NCBI GenBank assembly: GCA_021295715.1
Contig: JAGWBV010000003.1
Span: 19,400 to 83,399, forward strand
Direction: 5' to 3'
From: Candidatus Poribacteria bacterium
Lineage (GTDB): Bacteria; Poribacteria; WGA-4E; WGA-3G
DNA: 64,000 nucleotides
Positions 17,688 to 27,600 of this stretch are shown here, piece after piece; the stretch's first letter is position 1; every line of letters starts with the position of its first letter. The notes under the pieces are model-generated. The model worked only from the letters and a program-made list of their open reading frames with translations, was not told where the DNA came from and made no database searches. The translations under genes were made by a program, and so were the position numbers.

Positions 17688-19910
17688 ATGAAGATGCTTT
17701 TTTGCCTACTAATGGTATTTTGGATTCCCGCGGTTGCCTTTTCCGAAACAGGATCAATTCAAGGAACTGTTTATGACAACAGTACGAAAGCGCCATTAGC
17801 AGGGGCAGAAGTTTTCATCGTTGAAATCGACACACGTCAGAAAACTGATGAAAATGGAAAGTTCGTTTTTAGTGCTATCCCCGCAGGAACCTATACTTTA
17901 ATTACCACGGTGCCTAATACTGAGTTGTTGCACCGCACCTCTATTGTTGTTACGGAAGAAGAGACGCTGGAACCTGAAATCTATGTCGAAACAACACAGT
18001 ATCGTCTTGAGGAAGTCGAAGTAACCGGCGAAAGTGCCCCGAAGACCGTCAGTAAAAAAAGCCTTCAGGCACGGGAAATTACGCGTCTCCCCGGTACAGC
18101 CGGCGATGCCCTTCGCGCCCTTCCAGCAATTCCGGGTATCGGTGTCGCGAATGATTTTAGCGGTGCCCTCTATATTCGTGGCGGTTCCGACGAAGATAAC
18201 CTCTACTATTTCGACCGAGTGCCTGTCGGTTATCCGTACCACTTCGGAGGGATCGTCTCATCCCTGAGTTCCGAAATTATCGATCGGATTGATGTCTACG
18301 CTGGCGGCTACGGTGCCGAGTATGGTGTGGATTCTCAAGCCGTAATTGACATCTACTCGCAGGACAGCAGTCCAGCAAATTTACGTGGAAAATTTAACCT
18401 CAATCTTCTCTTTTCGGAGGGATTGCTTCAAGGCAAAGTCGGCGAGAAGGGCTACTGGTATGCCGCCGGACGCAGGAGTTACATCGACCTTTTCATAGGA
18501 TCTCTGTCATTTGGGACGGGAGCGATCACTGCCTTTCCGCGTTTCTGGGATTACCAACTAAAGTCGGGCTACGACTTCAACGAAAAGCATCAACTCTTCT
18601 TTAATATCTTTGCTTCGGGCGATCGGTTTGCCCTGAAGTTGGACGGCGAAAATATAGACGAAGATTTTCAAGGAAATGTGAGTTTTGAAAGTGGCTTTGA
18701 GGGCGCAGGCATCCACCTTCGCTCCTTCTTGACAGAAAGACTCACTTCCTATTTATCATTGACCCGTTCAAAGTTTCTATTTGATGTCAATTTCGGCCCA
18801 TCACTTTCACTTGAAATCGATGCCCCAGATTATGTTCTTCGCGAAGATCTTACTTATGCGTTAAACGCGCAGCACCGCCTTGAATCTGGGTTAATCCTCG
18901 GATTTGAACCCGGACAAGTCTCTGGCACCTTCTCTCGTATCCCTGATGAAGGCGAGGTTGACTATGACATCCGGTTCGAGGAAAAAGTCGCCATAGACGA
19001 GTATGTGCGTGGGTATCGCGTTGAAGCCTATTTGCAAGACCGATACACACTGCTGCCGTTTTTGTCAGTTGTGTTTGGGCTGAGATTTGATTATTTTAAC
19101 CGCATTAATCAGCTATCTGTCCAGCCGCGCGGCAGTGTGCTCGTGGAACTTCCCAACAACTCTGAACTCCAATTCGCCTATGGGATTTACAATCAGACCC
19201 CGATACCGGCACAACTCTCTCCGAGTATTGGTAACCCTGCCTTGAAGTCGAGTCAGGCAAGTCATTACATTCTGGAACTTAAACGGCCACTTTCACCAAA
19301 TACAGAAATCAAAATGGCAGCCTACTACAAAGACCTTGCTGACTTAGTAACTGCAGACGAAGAAGCGGCTTATCTCAATCAAGGTGTCGGTTATGCGCAA
19401 GGCACCGAGATTTTTCTACGACATCGGGGCGGCGACCGATTTTTCACTTGGGTTTCTTACGCGTATGCCCTGTCGAAACGCCGCGACCGTCCTGATGAAC
19501 CCTATCGCTTCTATTCGTTTGATCAGACGCACGTTGCTACATTCGCTGCAAGTTACAACCTTACGCCTACGTGGGAGATTGGTGCGAAGTGGCAATACCG
19601 GACTGGGAATCCATACACACCTATTGAAGACGCAATAATCCGATTCGATCCGAGAAACGGAGAACCTATTTACGTTCCTATCTATGCTGAAACTAACTCT
19701 GATCGGTTACCGCCCTATCACAGACTCGACCTGCGCGTCAGTAAAACCTTCCAGTTTAACGGATGGAAACTCGGCACCTTCTTGGAACTCCTAAACGCAT
19801 ATAACAGACAGAATTTGCTCGATTACAGGTATAGCGAGAACTACACTGAGCGTGAAGATGTTAACCAATTACCTATTATTCCCTATTTGGGGATTACAGC
19901 GGAATTTTAG
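17688..19910 (+). CDS. TonB-dependent receptor with N-terminal carboxypeptidase-regulatory-like domain
   Basis: Signal peptide MKMLFCLLMVFWIPAVAFS; GSIQGTVYD...GAEVFIV...GKFVFSAIPAGTYTL; plug region GDALRALPAIPGI...YIRGG; C-terminal beta-signal ending in ITAEF. AGGAG lies 12 nt upstream of ATG 17688. Confidence 0.85.
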   Translation: MKMLFCLLMVFWIPAVAFSETGSIQGTVYDNSTKAPLAGAEVFIVEIDTRQKTDENGKFVFSAIPAGTYTLITTVPNTELLHRTSIVVTEEETLEPEIYVETTQYRLEEVEVTGESAPKTVSKKSLQAREITRLPGTAGDALRALPAIPGIGVANDFSGALYIRGGSDEDNLYYFDRVPVGYPYHFGGIVSSLSSEIIDRIDVYAGGYGAEYGVDSQAVIDIYSQDSSPANLRGKFNLNLLFSEGLLQGKVGEKGYWYAAGRRSYIDLFIGSLSFGTGAITAFPRFWDYQLKSGYDFNEKHQLFFNIFASGDRFALKLDGENIDEDFQGNVSFESGFEGAGIHLRSFLTERLTSYLSLTRSKFLFDVNFGPSLSLEIDAPDYVLREDLTYALNAQHRLESGLILGFEPGQVSGTFSRIPDEGEVDYDIRFEEKVAIDEYVRGYRVEAYLQDRYTLLPFLSVVFGLRFDYFNRINQLSVQPRGSVLVELPNNSELQFAYGIYNQTPIPAQLSPSIGNPALKSSQASHYILELKRPLSPNTEIKMAAYYKDLADLVTADEEAAYLNQGVGYAQGTEIFLRHRGGDRFFTWVSYAYALSKRRDRPDEPYRFYSFDQTHVATFAASYNLTPTWEIGAKWQYRTGNPYTPIEDAIIRFDPRNGEPIYVPIYAETNSDRLPPYHRLDLRVSKTFQFNGWKLGTFLELLNAYNRQNLLDYRYSENYTEREDVNQLPIIPYLGITAEF

Positions 19911-19934
19911 ACGTTTTGCCGAGGAGACAAAAAC

Positions 19935-22220
19935 CTGAAACGGGCATTAATCCTTCTAATTTTCATACTACCCTTGACGGCCTTCGGGCAAACCGATACG
20001 AATGATACCGCCGAATCAGACGCTGAAAAGGATGAAGCATCACAATCTGTTGTCATTTTAGATGAAATAAAAGTCGAGACGACACGATTGGAAACAAGAT
20101 TCCGAAAGACATTGAGCGGAGATTTGCTCAGGCGCGCGACAGGCAGTGCTGGCGATCCTCTTCGCGGGATAGCCCGACTTCCAAGCGTTGGGACAGTTAA
20201 CGATTTCATGGGGGTCCTTTCCATTAGAGGTGGTGCGCCGGGAGATAATCTTTACTACTTTGACCGATTACCATTGGGATACCCTTATCATCTCCTCGGT
20301 ATTGTTTCGGTCGTGAGTTCCGAGGTCATTGGAAAGGTTGATGTGCATCCGGGTGGGTTTGGTGCTGAATTTGGAGCGGACTCACAAGCGGTGATTGATA
20401 TCCATTCCCGCCCACAAAAAATGGAGTCTTTAGGGTGGTTGGATGGAATGCTAAAACCGAGTTTTATCTATTCCGAAGGCTTCCTCAGTGGTGCTTTATC
20501 CCTTCGAGAGAACCCCGCGGCGAATGTTCCAAACGAAACGGATAAAAAATCTATTTTCCATCTTTCCAAGGATATACTTCTCGGCGATACTCAGGTATTC
20601 GGTAGAGATGCAGACGAAAAGGACAGAAAATCGGCGAGCACTGACCAAGAATTCTTAGAAAACAGGGCATTATCCGGGCAAGGATATTGGTACGCTTTCG
20701 GCAGACTCAGTTATCTGGAACCCTTTTTTGAATTGGCATCGAGATTAGTGGAACTTGAGGATCTGGTTCGAGAGGTGCCGCGTTTTTGGAGTTATCAGTT
20801 AAAGGGCGTTTACAAACTCAATGAAACTCATGGAATAGTGGTTAACGCCGTTACCGCGTACGATGCATCTGAATTGTACTTGGGAGCGAGGGAAGTTCAC
20901 GACAGCGATCTTCGAGGTCCCGCGATTTCAGAAAACCCTTTTGATGTCCAAGGAATTCACTTCTATTCTCGTTTATTGCCGCGATTTAGATCTATTCTGT
21001 CATTCACCCGTTCGTTTACAGAAAACGAACTCGCTTTCGGTGAAGAGTACTACTACCGGACGGCAGCGTCTGTCTACGCACTCCGCAATGATTTCACTTA
21101 TACCACATCCTCAAAGAATCCCGATGAGACTGTAGAATTCGGCTACTTGCTTTCAAGCACCCCTTCAACGGTCATCAGTGATGGCGCGCGCCGAGTTGAA
21201 GAGGGAGATCCTGATTATGAGTTTCGGATTCGGCACCAACTGGAGAAAGTCTACGTCACTGAGACGCGAAACCTTCACCGTTTAGAGGGGTACCTCCAAG
21301 CGAGTCGGAACCTATTCAATTCTGACCTTCTGGGCACTTTTGGTGTGCGAGCGAGCTTCTTCAATCTTACGGATAACCTATCCCTCCAGCCACGTGCCCA
21401 ACTCCACTATAGTCTTCCATGGCAAGATGCATCTCTGAACTTCAGTTATGGACGTTATGCGCAAAATCCACGATTAGATCAGTTTGTGCTGGGTGTACCA
21501 TCAAACGCGTCTCTTGAACAGAGCCTTGCAACGCATTACGTTCTTGAGTTGAGACAAACGTTACCCTTCAATACGCAAATGAATATCGCCGGCTATTACA
21601 AAACACTACAAGATCTCATTATCTACAATAAAGATGCAAAGCAGTATCAGAACGGTCAGGAAGGATTTGTGCGTGGGTTTGAAGTTTCTTTAGAACATGA
21701 TATTTTCCAGAACTTCAATGGGTGGGTGGCGTATGCTTATACAGTTTCCAAACGCCGTGATTCTCCTGAAGAATTCCACCGGTTTTATACCTACAATAGT
21801 CCGCATGTGCTAACTGTCGCGACGAGTTACAGTGCCACGCAAGAACTTCTTCTCTCAGTACCACTCATTGACACATTTGATATAAGCGCGAAGTGGCAAT
21901 ACCAGAGCGGTGTCCTCTATGCCCCGTTAGTAGGTCGCACCCCTTTTACGAACTTTCGGACGAAGGAAAAAAAGTGGCGACCGCTTTACGGAGAGTGGAA
22001 GCGCACCTCGCCGTATCATCGGTTAGACTTGAGTCTCCGATTTAGTTTGTTAGGCGGTTTAGAGGATAAAGGTTGGGAATTAGGGTTGGCACTTGAGGTA
22101 TGGAACGTTTATAACCGTAATAACATCCTTGAAGTGCGCTACAGCCCGAATTTTACAAAAGAGGAACCTGTTTCGCAATTACCGATTATTCCATTTGTAG
22201 CGATGACGCTGGAATTCTGA
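19935..22220 (+). CDS. TonB-dependent receptor paralogue (no CarbopepD_reg domain); probable CTG start
   Basis: Plug motifs GDPLRGIARLPSVG...SIRGG and a C-terminal MTLEF, paralogous to the upstream receptor. Only from CTG 19935 (GAGGAG 8 nt upstream) does a signal peptide appear (LKRALILLIFILPLTAFGQ). No ATG, GTG or TTG lies between stop 19908 and TTG 19974. Confidence 0.75.
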   Translation: MKRALILLIFILPLTAFGQTDTNDTAESDAEKDEASQSVVILDEIKVETTRLETRFRKTLSGDLLRRATGSAGDPLRGIARLPSVGTVNDFMGVLSIRGGAPGDNLYYFDRLPLGYPYHLLGIVSVVSSEVIGKVDVHPGGFGAEFGADSQAVIDIHSRPQKMESLGWLDGMLKPSFIYSEGFLSGALSLRENPAANVPNETDKKSIFHLSKDILLGDTQVFGRDADEKDRKSASTDQEFLENRALSGQGYWYAFGRLSYLEPFFELASRLVELEDLVREVPRFWSYQLKGVYKLNETHGIVVNAVTAYDASELYLGAREVHDSDLRGPAISENPFDVQGIHFYSRLLPRFRSILSFTRSFTENELAFGEEYYYRTAASVYALRNDFTYTTSSKNPDETVEFGYLLSSTPSTVISDGARRVEEGDPDYEFRIRHQLEKVYVTETRNLHRLEGYLQASRNLFNSDLLGTFGVRASFFNLTDNLSLQPRAQLHYSLPWQDASLNFSYGRYAQNPRLDQFVLGVPSNASLEQSLATHYVLELRQTLPFNTQMNIAGYYKTLQDLIIYNKDAKQYQNGQEGFVRGFEVSLEHDIFQNFNGWVAYAYTVSKRRDSPEEFHRFYTYNSPHVLTVATSYSATQELLLSVPLIDTFDISAKWQYQSGVLYAPLVGRTPFTNFRTKEKKWRPLYGEWKRTSPYHRLDLSLRFSLLGGLEDKGWELGLALEVWNVYNRNNILEVRYSPNFTKEEPVSQLPIIPFVAMTLEF

Positions 22221-22320
22221 GGAATCCGTTTCATTGAAATTTATATAGTCCAATTCGCCTCTTTTTTCGTCTTTAAATATTAAATTAACCACATTCCTTT
22301 TTGAAAGGAGGCGACGTTTT

Positions 22321-24579
22321 TTGGACGACTATCTATCTTCTTCACTGAAATTCCAAAGAGTCCCAATCTACTTATTCCTTATTGCGCTGTTGCATACCCT
22401 TGTCCCCAGCGGACACGCCGAATCGCACGATCACCAAGTTAAGGCATATCGCACTTACGAGAGTATCGAAATCGACGGTGATTTAACGGAGGAGGATTGG
22501 AAACACGCAGAGCCAATTAACGAGTTTGTGCAGATTGAACCGTATGAAGGCGAAATCAGTTCCGAATCGATGGAGGTCCGGGTTCTCTACGATAACGAGA
22601 ACATCTATTTCGGCTTTACCTGCTTCGATTCAGATATATCGCAACTGGTTGCTAATGAGATGCGCCGAGATTCTCGGGACTTGCACGAAAATGACACCGT
22701 GTTCTTGATATTGGATACCTACAACGACAAACGGAGCGGCTTCTTCTTCCGTATGAACGCCCTGGGTGCGATACAAGACAGAGCCGTAACCAACAGCGGT
22801 GACACGTTTAATTCGGATTGGGACGCTGTCGTTGAATGCAAGTCGAAAATCAACGACACCTATTGGACTTCTGAACTAAGCATCCCGTTTAGCCAACTTC
22901 GTTTTGAAAAGAGCGATCCGATAATATGGGGCATGAACACCGGTCGCGAACTCGCGCGAAATCAGGAAGAAATGATATGGGTGCCTGTCCCCGCATCCTA
23001 TGGGGGCAGAGCGAAATATCGAACTGCTAACTTGGGCAACCTCGTCGGACTCTCAGGCATTGCTCCCTCTCGGAACTTAGAGGTGCTTCCATACATCCTT
23101 CCCGGCGTGACCCAAATCAATGAAAATGATACAGGACTTGAAACAGAAGGAAAATTCAAAATTGGTTTTGATGCCAAATACGGTATTACCTCTAATCTGA
23201 CCGCTGACATCACCTATAACACAGACTTCGCGCAAGTTGAAGCCGATGAAGAACAGGTGAACCTGACCCGATTCAGTCTCTTTTTCCCCGAAAAGCGTCC
23301 GTTCTTTTTGGAAGGTGCCGGACTTTTCGATTTCGGCGTGCCGCGGACGAGTTTCCGCCGACCGCCACCGATGCTCCTTTTCTATAGCCGTCGTATTGGA
23401 CTTGCTGAAGGAAACGCGATTCCGATTATCTTCGGTGGAAAGACGAGCGGCAAAATCGGTTCTTACGGCGTAGGGTTTCTCAACGTCCTAACAGATGAAT
23501 TTTATGACGCTGATACAGAAGATGATCCACTTGACATCCCGCACACCAATTATTCCGTAATGCGAATTACAAAGGACGTTGCCTCGGGTTCGCGCATCGG
23601 CATGATCGCTGTCAATAAAGATGAAATTGGCGACTATAATCGCGCAGGCGGTTTTGACTTTGAATACCGCCCCAACGATAGTGTGGATGTACGAGGGCTG
23701 TGGTCTCGCACGTTTGAACCGGATGCTTCTGGACGCAATAATGCATGGTACATCGGTTCCAACTGGCGAAGCAAGCGTTTCCGTGTAGAAGGTTCGTATA
23801 CCGACATTGACGAGGATTTTAATCCCGCAGTCGGATATGTGAGACGTACCGGCATGCGACAATTCCGCGGTGAAATGCGATGGGTACCCATGCCCCAAAG
23901 GTTCGGAATCCGACAAATTTGGACCGGTCCAGAGATGAACTATATTCTCAATCACGACAACGAATTAGAAGAATGGGACATTTCTTACACCAACTGGTTT
24001 GAATTTGGCTCTGGAGATTATATCCTTTTCAATGGGAGACGCAGCTTTGAACATCTGAACGATGTTTTCGATTTTAGGGAGGGCGTAGAGATTCCGATAG
24101 GCGACTACCAATCCAACTCGTATAGTGTACGTCTCTCCAGTAGTGATAGTCGTCCGATCAGTACAACGATTGGTGGCGGTATTGAAGACTTCTACAAAGG
24201 CGTAGTTCGTAGAGCATATATCCAAACCACAGTTAAGCCGAATGGGCATATAAGCCTGAGCGCACAATATCAGTTCAATCAGGTAGTGGATTTACCGGAA
24301 GTGTATTTTACTGACGGGCAACCCCGTCCTGTTTATGTCAATCTTTTCAGAGGTAGATTTGACTATTCCTTCACTACGGGACTCTTTGCGAAACTATTTG
24401 CACAGTGGAATGCCGATACCAACGTTGTGTCTACCAACTTCCTCATCAATTATATCTATCGTCCGGGAAGCGATTTCTACTTCGTTTTCAATCAAACGTA
24501 TGATACGAACGGCACGACTCGATCTCGCCTACTGGATTCAACGGTGGTTGCAAAGATGACCTACTGGTGGAACCCGTAA
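22321..24579 (+). CDS. CBM9-like / DUF5916 family outer-membrane-associated protein
   Basis: N-terminal hydrophobic signal, IEIDGDLTEEDWKHAEPINEFVQIEPYEGE...VRVLYDNENIYFGFTCFD (CBM9-like), then a long beta-rich C-terminal region. GGAGG lies upstream of TTG 22321. Confidence 0.7.
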   Translation: MDDYLSSSLKFQRVPIYLFLIALLHTLVPSGHAESHDHQVKAYRTYESIEIDGDLTEEDWKHAEPINEFVQIEPYEGEISSESMEVRVLYDNENIYFGFTCFDSDISQLVANEMRRDSRDLHENDTVFLILDTYNDKRSGFFFRMNALGAIQDRAVTNSGDTFNSDWDAVVECKSKINDTYWTSELSIPFSQLRFEKSDPIIWGMNTGRELARNQEEMIWVPVPASYGGRAKYRTANLGNLVGLSGIAPSRNLEVLPYILPGVTQINENDTGLETEGKFKIGFDAKYGITSNLTADITYNTDFAQVEADEEQVNLTRFSLFFPEKRPFFLEGAGLFDFGVPRTSFRRPPPMLLFYSRRIGLAEGNAIPIIFGGKTSGKIGSYGVGFLNVLTDEFYDADTEDDPLDIPHTNYSVMRITKDVASGSRIGMIAVNKDEIGDYNRAGGFDFEYRPNDSVDVRGLWSRTFEPDASGRNNAWYIGSNWRSKRFRVEGSYTDIDEDFNPAVGYVRRTGMRQFRGEMRWVPMPQRFGIRQIWTGPEMNYILNHDNELEEWDISYTNWFEFGSGDYILFNGRRSFEHLNDVFDFREGVEIPIGDYQSNSYSVRLSSSDSRPISTTIGGGIEDFYKGVVRRAYIQTTVKPNGHISLSAQYQFNQVVDLPEVYFTDGQPRPVYVNLFRGRFDYSFTTGLFAKLFAQWNADTNVVSTNFLINYIYRPGSDFYFVFNQTYDTNGTTRSRLLDSTVVAKMTYWWNP

Positions 24580-24610
24580 TCCGAGAAATGAGACTGTTTT
24601 GATACAAAAA

Positions 24611-24639
24611 TTGACACAAAACTGAAAATGTGTTACAAT
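24611..24639 (+). promoter_or_regulatory. sigma70-type promoter candidate (extended -10) for the TonB gene
   Basis: TTGACA (24611-24616), 17-nt spacer ending in TGT, TACAAT (24634-24639). Leader of about 150 nt. Confidence 0.5.
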
Positions 24640-24797
24640 TAAAGTATGTTTATACTAACATAGGGTGCCTGAATTGCGAATAATTATTAGGTATTTTTTT
24701 AAACTTACTTTAGCCGCCCTCTTAATATAGGAAACACGAGCGAGCAATGTGCTGAGCACGAAACTATCCCTCTTTTGTTTCGCAGGAGGAAAAACAG

Positions 24798-25748
24798 ATG
24801 AATAGCAGAACTTCGGGCATGCTCAGTCAGATGCAGCAGCGCCGGGCTGATCGGAAAAAACCGAAGCGTTTTGTCGCATTAAAAAAAGTTTCGCTTGATG
24901 CCAGTCAGGAGCATGGCATTTCTACGGCACAAACGAACATGCCGAAGCATCCTATCACACAAATGCACGTCGGACGAAGTTCCGCCGCGTTTGTCGTCGC
25001 CATAGTGTTTCATGTCCTTATAGCGATTATTATTGGCGTTTTCTATATCGCCGATCGGATTGAATTTGAACAAGAGACGTTTGATATTAGTATCGTCACG
25101 GAAGACCCAAAAACCAAACGCCGCTTCATACGTAGAGAAGCACCGAAGTTTAATGAGGTAAAACAGACCCAGCAGAAAGTCCAGGTCCAACGTCCCGTGA
25201 CTGTCCCTGACCAGCTGCTATCGCAGGACGCATTTACGATCCCTCAGGGACCCGAGACGACAGGTGACCTCACAACACCCAGTGCCGATGAGGGACCCAG
25301 ACTCATAGATGTCCCACGCGACTTTGAAAAACCCACGACGACTATCGAACCCGACTCACGGACACCCGGATTTGAGATACAGCGTGAGGCACCCACACTG
25401 ATGGAAAAACTCGACACGTCTGCTCCGGATGATGCCCTTGGGTTGGATGGCGTTAGTTTTGAGAGTGAGCCCGGCATCGTTAGACCACAATACAAATATA
25501 AGGTGGAACCCAAATATCCCGAAGCTGCCACAAAGGCAGGCAAGGAAGGTCAGGTCATTCTACAGGCAACCATTGATGAGAAGGGCATTCCGAGGGATAT
25601 TGTAGCGATTACAGATATTGGATTTGGATTTGAGGAAGCAGCGATGGCGGCGTTGAGGAAAACTACTTTTCGTCCTGCCACAAAAGGGGGGAACCCGATC
25701 AGCCTTCAGGTTGAGATCCCTTATTCTTTTACACTCAAAGATAAATAG
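24798..25748 (+). CDS. TonB family energy-transducer protein
   Basis: One TM helix (AAFVVAIVFHVLIAIIIGVFYI), a Pro/charged linker, and a TonB_C domain (PKYPEAATKAGKEGQVILQATIDEKGIP...FRPATKGGNPI). AGGAGG RBS. Confidence 0.85.
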   Translation: MNSRTSGMLSQMQQRRADRKKPKRFVALKKVSLDASQEHGISTAQTNMPKHPITQMHVGRSSAAFVVAIVFHVLIAIIIGVFYIADRIEFEQETFDISIVTEDPKTKRRFIRREAPKFNEVKQTQQKVQVQRPVTVPDQLLSQDAFTIPQGPETTGDLTTPSADEGPRLIDVPRDFEKPTTTIEPDSRTPGFEIQREAPTLMEKLDTSAPDDALGLDGVSFESEPGIVRPQYKYKVEPKYPEAATKAGKEGQVILQATIDEKGIPRDIVAITDIGFGFEEAAMAALRKTTFRPATKGGNPISLQVEIPYSFTLKDK

Positions 25749-25808
25749 TAGTGGGCTCGTCCGTCTTAAAAGAGTAGGGGCAGCCCTTGGGATTGCCCTG
25801 GCGCAATA

Positions 25809-26597
25809 TTAAAAACCAATTTTTAGCAAGCCTTTCGCCGCGAAGTTACGAACTAAGTTCACAACCGAATGGCGCGCTGTATCGGCTATTTGTGTCTGTT
25901 CAAATGTGAGTTGAGCAGTTTCCGTTTCAATGGCTTCTGCCTGTGATGCTGACATATTTTCAAAGAATCGATCACGTATAGCAGTCGGGGCGTTGTGTAG
26001 GGCAAGGGCTAAAGTGGGTTTGTCCAGTACTTGTAAAATAGTTCTGATTGCTTCATTCTCCAAATTCCCTACGTCTTCAAACGTAAACAACTGCTCAGAG
26101 ACGCTATCCACCACACTGGGTTGCTTTTCGCCTAACGCTTCCAGCAACGCATTCTGTTCTGTTATATCCAGATATGATAACAATTTGGCGAGGTTCGCGG
26201 TGCCTTCACCCAAGAAGGTGGTTTCTTGGATCGCCTCCTTAATCCTCTCGATCTGTTCATTCCAAATTTGCATAGCGTATTCAGAGGCAACCGTCTCTGT
26301 CGTCGTCACCTTCTCAGCAATACTCACCTGTTTATCAAAGGGTAGCTGCGCGAACAGTTTTCCGGCATGTGTTGCGAGCGCATTTCCTGTGGATTCACTT
26401 TTTAAGTGCGTACACATAACTAAAAACACTGCCGCCTCGCTATCGTCAATACTTTGGAATGCTGCCAACGCCACCTGTGGATGCGTTTCGTCAAGCAAGT
26501 CGGTGAGTTCTTGTAGTGCAGTCTCATCTAAAAAGGTGGATGTGGTCTGCGCATCGGTGTTAGACAGGGACACCTTGTACCCCCTTTTTCCCGGCAA
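25809..26597 (-). CDS. FliG middle/C-terminal-domain-like protein (orphan)
   Basis: FTFEDVGNLENEAIRTILQVLDKPTLALALHNAPTAIRDRFFENMSASQAEAIETE parallels the FliG_C signature (F.FEDl..Ld...iq.vLre.....La.ALk.a......NMS.RAae.l.e.me). The start is TTG 26597 or GVG-context GTG 26573; both overlap the purM 3' end. Confidence 0.65.
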   Translation of the reverse strand: MPGKRGYKVSLSNTDAQTTSTFLDETALQELTDLLDETHPQVALAAFQSIDDSEAAVFLVMCTHLKSESTGNALATHAGKLFAQLPFDKQVSIAEKVTTTETVASEYAMQIWNEQIERIKEAIQETTFLGEGTANLAKLLSYLDITEQNALLEALGEKQPSVVDSVSEQLFTFEDVGNLENEAIRTILQVLDKPTLALALHNAPTAIRDRFFENMSASQAEAIETETAQLTFEQTQIADTARHSVVNLVRNFAAKGLLKIGF

Positions 26598-27600
26598 TCA
26601 CTTCACCAATTCGGTAAGTGGATTCCCCAGACGCGTTGAGAGACTCCAGAGCAGCATCAACGGCATCAGGAACAACGATCACGACCATCCCGATTCCCAT
26701 ATTGAAAACCCTATACATTTCTGACGCTTCAACATCCCCTTTCTCTTGGAGAAACGGGAAAATGGGCGGAATTTCCCATGTGCCGTTCCGAATGTAGGCG
26801 GTACACCCGTCTGGCAGAATCCGCTCTACATTTGCTGGTAAACCGCCTCCAGTGATATGGGCAAGACCTTTAATGTCACATACCTCACGAAGGGACAGAA
26901 TAGAATTCACGTAACTTTTGTGGCAAGCAAGCAGTGCCTCCCCGACCGTTGCTGAGAGTTCAGGAAGATAGGTGTCTACACTGTAATTGCACCTGTCGAA
27001 CAGAATACGCCGAGCTAATGTAAAGCCGTTTGTATGTAAACCTACGGATCCTAAACCGATGAGTTGATCTCCCGGGGTAATTTTCTCTCCGGTAATCACG
27101 TCTGCCTTTTCAACCGCACCGACAATAGTCCCTACCAAGTCGTATTCACCGGGTGTATAAATATCTGACAACTCTGCGATTTCACCGCCGATTAAGGCAC
27201 AACCGATCTCTCTGCATCCTGACGCGAGACCGGTTATGATCTCTTCAATCACCGCTGGTGCCACTTTGCTAATACCGATATAATCTAAAAAAAAGAGTGG
27301 CTCTGCACCCTGCACGACGATGTCGTTGCCGCAATGTGCCACAATATCAAAACCGACCGTGTCATGCCGTCCGACTTTAAAGGCGACCTTTAGTTTTGTA
27401 CCAACGCTATCTGTACTGGAAACGAGAACCGGTTCTTGATAGGTTTTAAGTGCAAAAAGCCCGCCGAAACTCCCGACATCACTGAGTACCTCAGGTCGAT
27501 AAGTGGTTTGGACAAGGCGTTTAAGCCGAGATATAGCCTCGGATTCTGCTTCAAATGAAACACCAGCATCGGCGTAGGTCAAAGCCTTTTTAGCTGCCAT
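26560..27600 (-). CDS. purM: Phosphoribosylformylglycinamidine cyclo-ligase (AIR synthetase)
   Basis: Motifs YADAGVS, GGFGGLF-type SFGGLFAL, DSVGTKLKVA and AHITGGGL; 346 aa. Confidence 0.95.
   Translation of the reverse strand: MAAKKALTYADAGVSFEAESEAISRLKRLVQTTYRPEVLSDVGSFGGLFALKTYQEPVLVSSTDSVGTKLKVAFKVGRHDTVGFDIVAHCGNDIVVQGAEPLFFLDYIGISKVAPAVIEEIITGLASGCREIGCALIGGEIAELSDIYTPGEYDLVGTIVGAVEKADVITGEKITPGDQLIGLGSVGLHTNGFTLARRILFDRCNYSVDTYLPELSATVGEALLACHKSYVNSILSLREVCDIKGLAHITGGGLPANVERILPDGCTAYIRNGTWEIPPIFPFLQEKGDVEASEMYRVFNMGIGMVVIVVPDAVDAALESLNASGESTYRIGEVIAGKKGVQGVPV

Noticed and set aside
25930-26724. 264-aa plus-strand ORF.
   Set aside because: It is antisense to the FliG-like and purM genes. 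Its low-complexity Ser/Cys-rich translation has no motifs, which is typical of a shadow ORF.
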